A program made the position numbers and the translations under genes. From Methylorubrum extorquens (GTDB lineage: Bacteria > Pseudomonadota > Alphaproteobacteria > Rhizobiales > Beijerinckiaceae), in NCBI GenBank assembly GCA_900234795.1, contig LT962688.1:1-32000 (forward strand): DNA of 32,000 nucleotides. Direction: 5' to 3'. The notes under the pieces were generated by a model. That model had not been told where the DNA came from. It made no database searches and saw only the letters and a list, made by a program, of their open reading frames with translations. Below are positions 1 through 9,101 of this stretch, piece after piece. How positions within the stretch are numbered: position 1 is the first letter of the stretch; each line of letters opens with the position of its first letter.

Positions 1-508
1 CGGACGCTGCGCGAGCCGGCACGTCCTGCCCTACGTCATCGCCCAGGTCATCGGTGCAACGGTCGCGGCCTTCGCCCTCTACACCATCGCCTCCGGCAAG
101 GCCGGCTGGGTGCCGAACGGGTTCGCCTCGAACGGCTACGGCGAACTCAGCCCCGGCAAGTACGGCCTCGCCGCCTGCCTGATCACCGAGGTCCTGACGA
201 CGTTCATCTTCCTGTTCATCATCGTCGGCACGACGTCGAAGGGCGCGGCGGCGGGCTTTGCCGGCATCCCCATCGGGTTTGCCCTCGTGCTCATCCACCT
301 GATCTCGATTCCCGTGACCAACACATCGGTCAACCCGGCGCGCAGCACGGGGCCGGCCCTGTTTGCAGGGCCGGACTACATCGCGCAGCTCTGGCTGTTC
401 TGGCTCGCGCCGATCGCTGGAGCGATCGCGGCCGGCGTCGTCGGGCGATGGCTCTACGAACCCGCCGATATGGTCGAGACAAGGGTGCTCGAGAGGGCGC
501 CTGACTGA
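1..508 (+). CDS. aqpZ: Aquaporin Z (MIP family water channel), 5' end outside window
   Basis: Frame 2 is open from base 2 to TGA 506-508. The translation ..[65 protein letters not shown].. carries the second NPA box and the AqpZ-like TM pattern. ORF-track entry 110..508 is the same frame from an internal GTG. Confidence 0.9.
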   Translation, partial: GRCASRHVLPYVIAQVIGATVAAFALYTIASGKAGWVPNGFASNGYGELSPGKYGLAACLITEVLTTFIFLFIIVGTTSKGAAAGFAGIPIGFALVLIHLISIPVTNTSVNPARSTGPALFAGPDYIAQLWLFWLAPIAGAIAAGVVGRWLYEPADMVETRVLERAPD

Positions 509-521
509 CGGCGGCGCACGA

Positions 522-555
522 ATGATGACGAGGCAATCTCGTGCCCCGTCATCAT
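522..555. terminator. Possible hairpin between convergent aqpZ and phoH
   Basis: ATGATGACG (522-530) pairs perfectly with CGTCATCAT (547-555), a 9-bp stem with a 16-nt loop. There is no clear U-tract on either strand, so terminator function is uncertain. Confidence 0.3.
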
Positions 556-578
556 GCACCGTCAGGCTACTGCGTTTA

Positions 579-1295
579 CTAAAGCTTCTCTTCCTCGAAC
601 GCCCTGACCCATTCCGCGCAGATGCCGGAGCGGACGATGTCGTCGAGGGTGAACTCCACGATCGGGATCGTCATCATCCGGCTCTTCACGAGGTGGATGA
701 CGGTGCGAAGCCCCGAGGTCTCGCGCAGGTCGGTCTGGGACACGTCGCCGTTGATGATGACCTGGCAATCGTCGCCGATGCGGGTCAGGAACATCTTGAT
801 CTCGGCGGTGGTGGTGTTCTGCGCCTCGTCGAGGATCACGAGGCAGTGCTTGAACGTGCGTCCGCGCATCACTTCGAACGGCACCACTTCGATGTCGCCG
901 GCTTTCACCGCGATGTCGAAGGCGGCCGCACCCATGCGCTCTTTCATGGTTTCGGTGAGCGGCGCGACCCATGGCGCGATCTTCTCTTCAAGCGTGCCGG
1001 GGAAGAACCCGAGCGAACGGCCGGACGGCACGTTGGGGCGGGTGATGACGACCTTCGAAATCCGGCGCTGGCGGAGAAGATCGGCGGCGCGGGTGCCGGC
1101 GATGAAAGTCTTTCCGGTGCCGGCCGGTCCTAAGACGATGACTTGCGAAGATGACGCGAGGGCGTCGAGGTACTGACCTTGTCGATCGGTCAGTGGTTGG
1201 ATCGGTGCGGGGTTACGTTCCTCGTCGAAGCGGGTGCGATGCATCCGGATCGGTCGGTCCTCAACCAGTTCAAGCCGTGCGCGTCGTCTCTTCAT
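579..1295 (-). CDS. phoH: PhoH family ATPase (short, about 238 aa)
   Basis: Walker A GPAGTGKTF, VVITRP..GRSLGFFPG..EK..PW, Walker B LVILDEAQN and INGDVSQTDL. ATG at 1295 is preceded by AAGGTGGAG about 9 nt upstream. The 365-aa track ORF (to 1676) only adds an R/P-rich extension that does not look coding. Confidence 0.88.
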   Translation of the reverse strand: MKRRRARLELVEDRPIRMHRTRFDEERNPAPIQPLTDRQGQYLDALASSSQVIVLGPAGTGKTFIAGTRAADLLRQRRISKVVITRPNVPSGRSLGFFPGTLEEKIAPWVAPLTETMKERMGAAAFDIAVKAGDIEVVPFEVMRGRTFKHCLVILDEAQNTTTAEIKMFLTRIGDDCQVIINGDVSQTDLRETSGLRTVIHLVKSRMMTIPIVEFTLDDIVRSGICAEWVRAFEEEKL

Positions 1296-2927
1296 GGATC
1301 GATACTCCACCTTGACTCGTGCGTGACTCTCGCAAACTCGCTTTTTCAACCCGTCTCGACTTTCGCGACTCTCCTTCGATTCGGCGAAGACATTGCCGAT
1401 CTTCGTTCGACTGTACGCAAGAGCAAAGCCAAACCCTATGAGTCGGTTCCACGGCGCAACATGAAGGCTGTGGAGAGCGGCTTTCAGGCAACGCTTCGCC
1501 CACGCCGCAAGGGTTGCAGGCGGGGGCGACGGCGGCGTGACGGCTTTGCGAAGAAGCGATGACCCAAGAAGCGTTGACCTACGCGCCTCTCGGCGCTGCC
1601 TGCGGATCGGGACGATCCCTGCCTGGGCCATCGCGGGCGTCGCCCTCCTCGGGCGGCGGCGCAGCCGGCGGATCACCGCCGGCGGGACGCTTCAACCGGG
1701 TTGGAGGAAGCTGTCGAGCACCATTTTCCGGCCGGCCTTGTCGAAGTCAACGGTGAGCTTGTTGCCGTCGATGCCGGCCACGCTGCCGGGTCCGAACTTG
1801 GTGTGGAAGACCCGTTGGCCGTGCTCGAAGGTGGAGGGCGCGCCCGTGGATTTGGCGACCAACTCGCCCTCGATCTCCCGCGGACCGCTCGCGCGGCCAC
1901 CCCGGCCCTGTCCCCCGTTCAGTCCCCCTCCGAACCCGCCCGAGGTGTTGGCCTGGGCCCGCTGCCAGCCCGGCGTGCCGTAGGACGAGCCGAACGGCGT
2001 CGGGTTGCGGTCGAAGCGTGAGGCGCCGGCCGAGAAATGCGCGGGCGCCTCGACCACGTCCACGGCCTGCGGCGGCAACTCGTCGATGAAGCGCGAGGGG
2101 ATGGTCGAGGACCACAGCCCGTGGATGCGCCGGTTGACGGCGAAGGACAGCTTGGCGCGCTTGCGGGCGCGGGTGAGCCCGACATGGGCGAGACGCCGTT
2201 CCTCCTCCAGGCCCGCCCGCCCGCTCTCGTCGATGGCGCGTTGGTTCGGGAAAAGGCCGTCCTCCCAGCCCGGCAGGAACACGGTGTCGAATTCGAGCCC
2301 CTTGGCGGCGTGCAGCGTCATCAGCGAGACGCGGTCGGCCCCTTCCGCCTCCGAGGCTTCCATCACGAGGGAGACGTGTTCGAGGAAGGCGGCCATGTCG
2401 GGGAATTCCTCCATCGAGCGGACGAATTCCTTGAGGTTTTCGAGCCGCCCGGCGGCATCGGCCGAACGGTCCTTCTGCCACATCTCGGTGTAGCCGGACT
2501 CCTCCAGGATGGTCTGCGCCACCTCCGGATGCGGCTTGGTCTCCACCAGCCGCACCCAGCGCGTAAAGCTCTCGACGAGGCCGCGTAGCATCGAGCGGGC
2601 CCGCGGCTTCAGCTCGTCGGTCTCGATCAGCTTACGCGCCGCGGCGAGCAGCGGGATCCGGTCGGCGCGGGCGAAGGCGTGCAGGGTCTGGAGGGTCGCG
2701 TCGCCGAGGCCGCGCTTGGGCGTGTTGAAGATGCGCTCGAAGGCGAGGTCGTCGGCGCCGTTCATGGTGACGCGCAGATAGGCCAGCGCGTCGCGGATCT
2801 CGGCGCGCTCGTAGAAGCGCGGGCCGCCGATGACGCGATAGGGCAGGCCAACCTGAACGAACCGATCCTCGATCTCGCGCATCTGCGCCGAGATCCGCAC
2901 CAGCACCGCGATCTCCGAGAGCGCGTG

Positions 2928-2933
2928 CCCCCC
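2928..2933 (-). other. C6 (G6 on coding strand) homopolymer at uvrD frame break 2
   Basis: The coding strand reads cag cgc agg ggg gca. With G5 it would read cag cgc agg ggg cac gcg ctc tcg gag atc = QRRGHALSEI, continuing the helicase. Confidence 0.85.
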
Positions 2934-3235
2934 TGCGCTGGAGCGACTCGATCGATTCGGCGACCTGACGCGCCTCCTCTTCGGAATCCCACGAGCCCGT
3001 GACCGTGACGGGCTCGCCCGCCTCGTCCTCGGTCCGCAGGGTCTTGCCGAGGCGGCCCTCGTTCTTGGCGATGAGCCCGGAGGCGGCGGCGAGGATGTGG
3101 CCGGTCGAGCGGTAGTTGCGCTCCAGCCGCACCACGGTGGCGCCGGGAAAATCGTGCTCGAAGCGCAGGATGTTGTCGACCTCGGCGCCGCGCCAGCCGT
3201 AGATCGACTGGTCGTCGTCGCCGACGCAGGCGACG

Positions 3236-3241
3236 TTTTTT
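3236..3241 (-). other. T6 (A6 on coding strand) homopolymer at uvrD frame break 1
   Basis: The coding strand reads gcg cgg aaa aaa cgt. With A5 it would read gcg cgg aaa aac gtc gcc tgc gtc ggc gac gac gac cag = [13 protein letters not shown] (helicase motif III). Confidence 0.85.
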
Positions 3242-4196
3242 CCGCGCCTGGGCGAGAAGCCTCAACCAGAGATACTGCGCGACGTTGGTGTCCTGGTACT
3301 CGTCCACGAGGATGTAGCGGAAGCGGTCCTGGTAATTGGCCAGGATGTCCGGATTCTCGCGCCACAGCTTGAGGCAAAGCAGCAGGAGGTCGCCGAAATC
3401 GACCGCGTTGAGGGTGGCGAGCCGGGCCTGATACGCCGCGTAGAGCTGCCCGCCCTTGCCGAAGGCGAAGGACTGCGCCTCGCCCGGCGGCACCTGTTCG
3501 GGGCTCAAGCCCCGGTTCTTCCAGCCGTCGATGGTGTGGGCCAGCGAGCGCGCCGGCCAGCGCTTCTCGTCGATGTTCTGGTCGCTGATGACCTGCTTCA
3601 TCAGGCGGAGATGGTCGTCGGTGCCGAGAATCGTGAAGTCGGATTTGAGCCCGACGAGTTCGGCGTGGCGACGCAGGATCTTGGTGCCGATGGCGTGGAA
3701 GGTGCCGAGCCAGGGCATGCCCTCGCCCGCCGGCCCGATCAGCCCGCCGATGCGGTGCTTCATCTCGCGGGCGGCCTTGTTGGTAAAGGTCACCGAGAGG
3801 ATGTCGTAGGGCCGCGCCTTGCCGGTGGCGATGAGGTGGGCGATGCGCGTCGTCAGAACCCGCGTCTTGCCGGTGCCGGCGCCCGCGAGCACGAGCACGG
3901 GGCCCTCCGTCGCCTCCACGGCGCGGCGCTGCTCCGGGTTGAGGCCGGAGAGGTAGGACGCGCCCTCGGGTCGCAGGGCGGCCATAGCGCGGGCGGCGAT
4001 GGAGGTCGGGGCCGACGGCGCTTCGTCGTCGGACGGGCGCGGCCGGAACGCGCCGTGCGCGTCGTTGGGCTCTTGCATCATGCGCGCATCCCTGGACCAA
4101 AAGGCGAACGCCGTCGAGACCCGATCCGGAACCGGCGGCCCCCCTCACGCGTCACTCGGGAAACCCGAACCCCTCATCAATGAAGGATGCGAGGCC

Positions 4197-4448
4197 ATGC
4201 GCGCCCCGTCTCTCGCCCTCCTTACCCTGCTCACCACCCTGACTCCGGCACTGACGCCCGCTTGGGCGCAGAGCCCCGGCAATCGCGGCGCTACGAGCCG
4301 GCAGAACCAGTCGTTCGAGTACCAGAACCAGAACCGCAACTTCGAACAGCGCCAGACTTTGGAGAACAGTGCCATCCGCAACCAGATCCAGCGGGCGCCG
4401 CTCAACGTTCCGCCGCCGGCCGGGCCGTCCTTCGGCATCCGCCGCTGA
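4197..4448 (+). CDS. Small exported N/Q/R-rich protein (83 aa), unknown function
   Basis: ATG 4197 follows GAAGGA. The N-terminus MRAPSLALLTLLTTLTPALTPAWA-Q looks like a signal peptide. The frame has high GC3. The track ORF 3999..4448 extends upstream into the uvrD promoter region, so I used the internal ATG. Confidence 0.55.
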   Translation: MRAPSLALLTLLTTLTPALTPAWAQSPGNRGATSRQNQSFEYQNQNRNFEQRQTLENSAIRNQIQRAPLNVPPPAGPSFGIRR

Positions 4449-5132
4449 CACTCGGCGAAAGCTTGAGCGTGAGGTGCGGGCCGGCCGCGGCCTGTGCTAT
4501 GGCCGCAGGAACGCGGGTTTCGCGCCGTTCAAAAGGCATCGGCCCTTCGAACGCGTGTGACACGCGAACGAAGTCCTGCGGTCCGCAGGCCAGGCGGAAG
4601 CGATAACGGTGCGTGATTCCCTGACCGCGCTCGCGGGCGCCGTCGTGCTGGTTCTCGTGGCGGCCCTTGCGGTGCCGCCGTTCATCGACTGGTCGGCTCA
4701 TCGCGCGCTGATCGACCGCACGTTGAGCGACTCCCTCGGAGCCGGTGCCCGCAGCGAGGGCACCATCGACCTGCGCCTGCTGCCCTCGCCGCACCTTCGC
4801 CTCGCGCGCCTCCGGCTCGGCGCCGAGGACGGGCCGGCCCTCGACGCGCAGGCGGTCGATGCGGAGATCGCGCTGGCCCCCCTGCTCAAAGGCGAGGTCC
4901 GCTTCGTCCAGACCTCGGTCGAGCGCGCCGGGCTTACCCTGCCGGTCTCCGACGAAGCGCTGCTGCTGCCGCGCGAACCGCAGACGCTGCGCCGCGACAT
5001 CGTCATCGACGACCTGCGCATCCGGCGCCTCACGGTCGCCACTCTGCGGACGGGCGAGGCGCCGCAGGAGCAGTTCGCGGCCGAGAACCTGCGCCTCAGG
5101 GCGCCGGCGCTGGCCGGACCCTGGCTTGCGGA

Positions 5133-5137
5133 GGGGG
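5133..5137 (+). other. G5 homopolymer at asmA-like frame break 1
   Basis: With G4 the sequence reads ctt gcg gag ggg acg gcg aag gga agc ccg ttc cac ctc = LAEGTAKGSPFHL, which joins the two long ORFs. Confidence 0.7.
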
Positions 5138-5755
5138 ACGGCGAAGGGAAGCCCGTTCCACCTCGCCACCAGCGTGGCCGGCAGCGACGGCAGCCTCTCG
5201 CTGAAGCTGACCGGCGGCGGCGACACCATGCCCCGCCTGGAACTCGATGCCCGCATCACCCTCAAGCCCGAGGACGCACCGGATGCGGACCGGGTGCGCC
5301 GCGGCCTCGTGCCGGAGGCGGAGGGCACCGCGCGGCTCACCGTCGGGCCGCCGGTGCAGCCGGCGGGCGCCGTCCTACCGCTCACCCTTGCGGCGAAGTT
5401 CGCATCGCGCGGTCCCCTGGTGCAGGCCAAGACCGTCGAGCTCGAACTCGACCCCGGCGGCAAGGCCGCCCGCCTGTCGGGCAATGGCCGCCTCGACCTG
5501 CGCGAGGCCCGCCTCGGCCTGACGCTACGGACCCGCCGCCTCGACCTCGACGGGCTGCTGCTCTCCGGCGGTGCCCGCGGGCTGCTGGTGCAGGGGCTGA
5601 CATCGGGCGCCCTGACGCCGCCGCTGCTGCTCGATCTCGATCTGTCCGCCGAGAGCGTCGCGCTCGGCCTCGACGACTGGGCCGATGTCGGGTTTCGCGG
5701 AACCTTCGATCGCACGGGCGGGCTCGTGCTGCGCCGCTTCGAGGGCAGGGCGCCA

Positions 5756-5760
5756 GGGGG
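5756..5760 (+). other. G5 homopolymer at asmA-like frame break 2
   Basis: With G4 the sequence reads ggc agg gcg cca ggg gcc gcg acc gtc gcg = GRAPGAATVA, which joins ORF 4745.. to ORF 5685..8138. Confidence 0.7.
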
Positions 5761-8317
5761 CCGCGACCGTCGCGGCGACCGGCGAGGCCGAGCTGTCGGG
5801 CTCGCCGCGCTTCACCGGGCATATCGACGTCGCGACACGCAACTCGGAGGCACTGGGGCGCTATCTAGGCCGGATCGGCGCCGAGGAGAGCGTGACGGCT
5901 ATTCTCGACGGACGCGCTTTCGAGATCGGCACGGACCTCTCTGCGGCCGGCACTGACCTCTCCCTGCGCAACCTGCGCCTCGCACTGGGTGAAGCCCGCG
6001 TCACCGGCAATGCCCGCTACCTGCGGGCCGATGCGAACGGGCGCGGTCGGCTCGACGCGCAGCTCTCGGCCACCGGCATCGACATCGCCGAGTTGCCCCC
6101 GCTCGGTGAGCTGATGTCGGGCCTTCATCGGCACGATCTCGGCCTGACGCTGAAGGCGCGCGACGTGCGCTACGGACCCGCCGGCGCCCATTCCGGCAAC
6201 GGCACCATCGCGGTGAGCTTGCAATCGGACGGCGCCAGCCTCGTCGTCGATACGCTCGACATTGCCGACCTCGCGGGCGCGAGTGCCCAGCTCGCCGGGC
6301 GGATCGCGCCTGATGGCTCGGGCCGCATCGAGGGCCGGGTGACGGCCGGCAAGGCGGCGCCGCTGCTGGCCCTGCTGGAACGCGGCTTCCTGCCCGAGGC
6401 CCGCTTCGTGCCGCAGAGTGTGCGCCAGAGCGGGCTGGCGCTCGATCTGACCCTGGAACGGGAATCGGGCGAGGCGGATGCCTTGCGCGCATCCGCGAAA
6501 GGCAAGGCGGGCGAAGGCGATCTCGGCCTCGCGCTGCTCACCCGCTCCGGCCGGATCGACCGCCTCGACGCCACGCTGACGACGCAGAAGACCGGCCGCT
6601 GGTTCGGCCGCGACGACATCGCCGCCCTGCGCCAGCCGGGGCGCCTGCGGCTGACCGGCGCCCGGCCCGTCGCCGAGGCCGGCCAGCAGAGCACGCCGCC
6701 GCTCGCGCTCGGCATCGAAGGCGATCTGGCCGGCCTCACGGTCTCGACGTTGCACCCGATCCTGCTCGACGCCCTCGACCGCCCTCCGGCCGGTGGCACG
6801 CTGCGGCTGGCGGCCCCCGACCTTGCCCCCTTCCTGATCCTTGCCGGCAGTGCCGCCCCGGCGGCCGGGCCGTTGCCCGCGTCGCTCACACTGGTCCTGT
6901 CGCGCCGGAACGCCGCACTGCACGCCGACGTCACGGGGCAGGTGGCGGGGACCGACCTCACCGCCGCCCTCGACCGCGCCCCGGACGGTGCGCTCACCGG
7001 CACCGCGACGCTCGCCCGCCTGTCCCTGCCGGCACTGGTTGCGGCGACGGTGTTGCCCACCGACACCAGCGGGCGCTTCGGCCCGGTGCCGGCGCAGCCG
7101 CAGGTCAACCTCGGCCTCACGATCGGCCAGCTCGATCTTGGCCGGGGGCTCGTGGCCGACAGCGCAAGCCTGACGCTGGTGCGCGAGGGCGACGCGCTGA
7201 GCCTGCGCGACCTCTCGGCCGGTCTCGCCGGAGGGCGGCTCGGTGGCAGCATCACCCTGGCCCGGCCGGCAGGCACCGCCGCGGTGTCGGGCGAGGGCAG
7301 CGTCGAGGGCGCCGATCTCACCGGCCTGATCGGGGCAGGACCGGTCACGGGCCGACTTTCGGCGGCCCTGCGGTTCGGCGCCACGGGCGTGAGCCTTTCC
7401 GCCCTGGCGAACGACCTCTCGGGCAATGGCGAGATCCGGCTCACCGACCTCGCGCTTCCCGGTGCCGACGCGGGCGCCGTGGACCGGGCGCTCAGCAAGG
7501 CGCTCGCCGAGGACGATCCCTTGCGCGAGGGTCGGCTCCAGGCGCTCGTGTCGGAAGAGCTATCCGCCGGTCCGCTCCGGGCCAAGGGACCGGTTTCGGC
7601 CGCCTTCACCCTCTCCGCTGGCACCCTGCGCACGGCGCCGTTCGGCATCGATCTCAGCCCGGCGCGCTGGAACGGCACGCTTCAGGTCGATCTGAGCAAC
7701 CGCATGCTCGACGCCCGCGGCGCCCTGACGGCGGCGGCCGGGCCGAAGGGCTGGACCGGGGCGGCGCCCTCGATCCAGCTCGGGTTCGGCGGTCCGCTGA
7801 GCGCGCCCGAGCGGCGGCTCGACGCGGCGCCTCTGACCACCGGCCTCGCCGCCCTCGTGCTCCAGCGCGAGCTCGAGAAGATCGAGCTGTTCGACGCCGA
7901 CCAGAGCGAGCGCCAGCGCCGCCGCGCCCGCATCGAGATGGACCGCGCCCGCCTTGCGGCCGAGGAGGCGGCCCGACAGGCCCGGCTCAAAGCGCAGCAG
8001 GCCGCCGAGGAGGCGGCGCGGCAAGCCCGTCAGCGCGAGGCGGAGGAGGCCACCCGCCGGGCCCGGATTGAAGCTGAACCGGCACCCGCCCCGGCGACGC
8101 AGCCGCTTGACATCAGCCCGCCGAGCGCGAGGCCGTAACAGCCGGCGCAGGGCGATCACGGACCGCCGATTTCGTGAGTGACGGAATCGGCCTGTCGGAC
8201 GACAGAGAGAGAGTGCTACTCTCCTCTATGACCGATGGCCCGATGTCTGCTCCGCGCTTTCAGGCCGCCTACGCCCCGGATGATGCCGCTTTGGCGGAGG
8301 CATTGCTGCGTGAGGCG

Positions 8318-8323
8318 CCCCCC
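8318..8323 (+). other. C6 homopolymer at putA frame break 1 (-1 or +2)
   Basis: The frame goes 2 to 1 here. C7 (gcg ccc ccc ctg ccg) or C4 (gcg ccc ctg ccg) would join ..LLREAP(P)LPAATEAAVDRL... Confidence 0.8.
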
Positions 8324-9097
8324 TGCCGGCGGCCACGGAGGCGGCGGTCGATCGGCTCGCATCCGACCTGATCGGCGCAATCCGCGCGGATGCCGGCCAC
8401 GGCGCCGTCGAGGCGCTGCTGCGGGAATATGCACTGACGACCCGCGAGGGTCTCGCCCTCATGAGTCTCGCCGAGGCGCTGCTGCGCGTGCCCGATGCGG
8501 CCACCGCCGACCGGTTGATCGCCGACAAGCTGCGCGAGGGCGATTTTGTCCATCATGCGGTGCGTTCGGAGAGCGGCCTTGCCCATGCCGCCTCCTGGGC
8601 GCTCGGCCTCGGCGCCCGGCTCGTGGGCCCGCAGGACACGCCCGAGGCGACGCTGGGCAGCATGGTCCGCCGCCTCGGCCGCCCGGCGGTACGCGCAGCG
8701 GCCCACCGGGCGATGCGGGTGATGGGCGGGCAATTCGTGTTGGCCGAAGAGATCGGCGCGGCGCTCAAGCGGGCCGGCTCGGGCGCCGCCCGCCGTTCCC
8801 GCTTCTCCTTCGACATGCTCGGCGAGGGCGCCCGCACGGCGGATGACGCCGAGAGCTACCGCCAAGCCTATGCCCGCGCCATCGCCCGGATCGGGCGAGA
8901 AGCCGGCAACGCGCCGCTTCCGGCCCGGCCAGGCATCTCGGTCAAGCTCTCGGCGCTGCATCCGCGCTACACCCCGACGCAAGGGGCGCGGGTGATGGCC
9001 GAACTGGTGCCGGTGGTGCGCGACCTCGCCCGCGACGCCCGCGCGCACGACCTCAACTTCACCCTCGACGCCGAGGAGGCGGAGCGGCTCGAACTCT

Positions 9098-9101
9098 CCC
9101 C
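9098..9101 (+). other. C4 homopolymer at putA frame break 2 (+1)
   Basis: With C3 the sequence reads gaa ctc tcc ctc gac gtg ttc gag gcc gtg ctg = ELSLDVFEAVL, which joins to ORF 9107..11338. Confidence 0.85.

Larger units (their letters stand above)
1692..4081 (-). pseudogene. uvrD: DNA helicase II UvrD, reading frame broken twice (real pseudogene or sequencing artefact)
   Basis: Three minus-strand frames together give a complete UvrD. Frame A (4081 down to about 3241) has AGAGTGKT, TFHA and DEYQDT. Frame B (about 3241-2933) has [18 protein letters not shown] and [12 protein letters not shown]. Frame C (about 2928-1692) has [42 protein letters not shown] and a C-terminal Tudor-like tail. 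The breaks fall in T6 3236-3241 and C6 2928-2933. Removing one base from each restores ..[16 protein letters not shown].. and ..[16 protein letters not shown]... Confidence 0.85.
4609..8138 (+). pseudogene. AsmA-like large envelope protein (about 1175 aa if repaired), frame broken twice
   Basis: GTG 4609 gives an N-terminal TM helix (LTALAGAVVLVLVAALAV) followed by an AsmA-like repetitive beta-rich sequence. Coding continues frame 1 to frame 2 at G5 5133-5137 and frame 2 to frame 0 at G5 5756-5760 (track ORFs 4609.., 4745.., 5685..8138). There is a C-terminal charged coiled-coil tail. Confidence 0.65.

Noticed and set aside
1313-1329. Direct repeat TGACTC-N5-TGACTC (minus strand GAGTCAC-GCAC-GAGTCAA, 7-4-7 with 11-bp period) upstream of phoH as a possible Pho box
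   Set aside because: The architecture resembles a Pho box, but it matches the CTGTCAT consensus poorly. It also abuts the SD only 18-34 nt before the ATG, where a -35-replacing activator site cannot drive this start. It is probably part of the 5' UTR.
1296-1676. N-terminal extension of phoH to a 365-aa protein
   Set aside because: The extension is R/P-rich and lacks any PhoH homology that I recognise. The internal ATG 1295 has a strong AAGGTGGAG SD and gives the compact PhoH core.
4508-4529. GGAAC-N13-CGTT upstream of the asmA-like gene as an EcfG promoter
   Set aside because: The 13-nt spacer is too short for the N16-17 requirement.
2928-9101. Programmed ribosomal frameshifting or transcriptional slippage as the explanation for the split genes
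   Set aside because: Six sites in three unrelated housekeeping genes. There are no slippery heptamers or downstream pseudoknots, both +1 and -1 directions occur, and these families are not known to use recoding.
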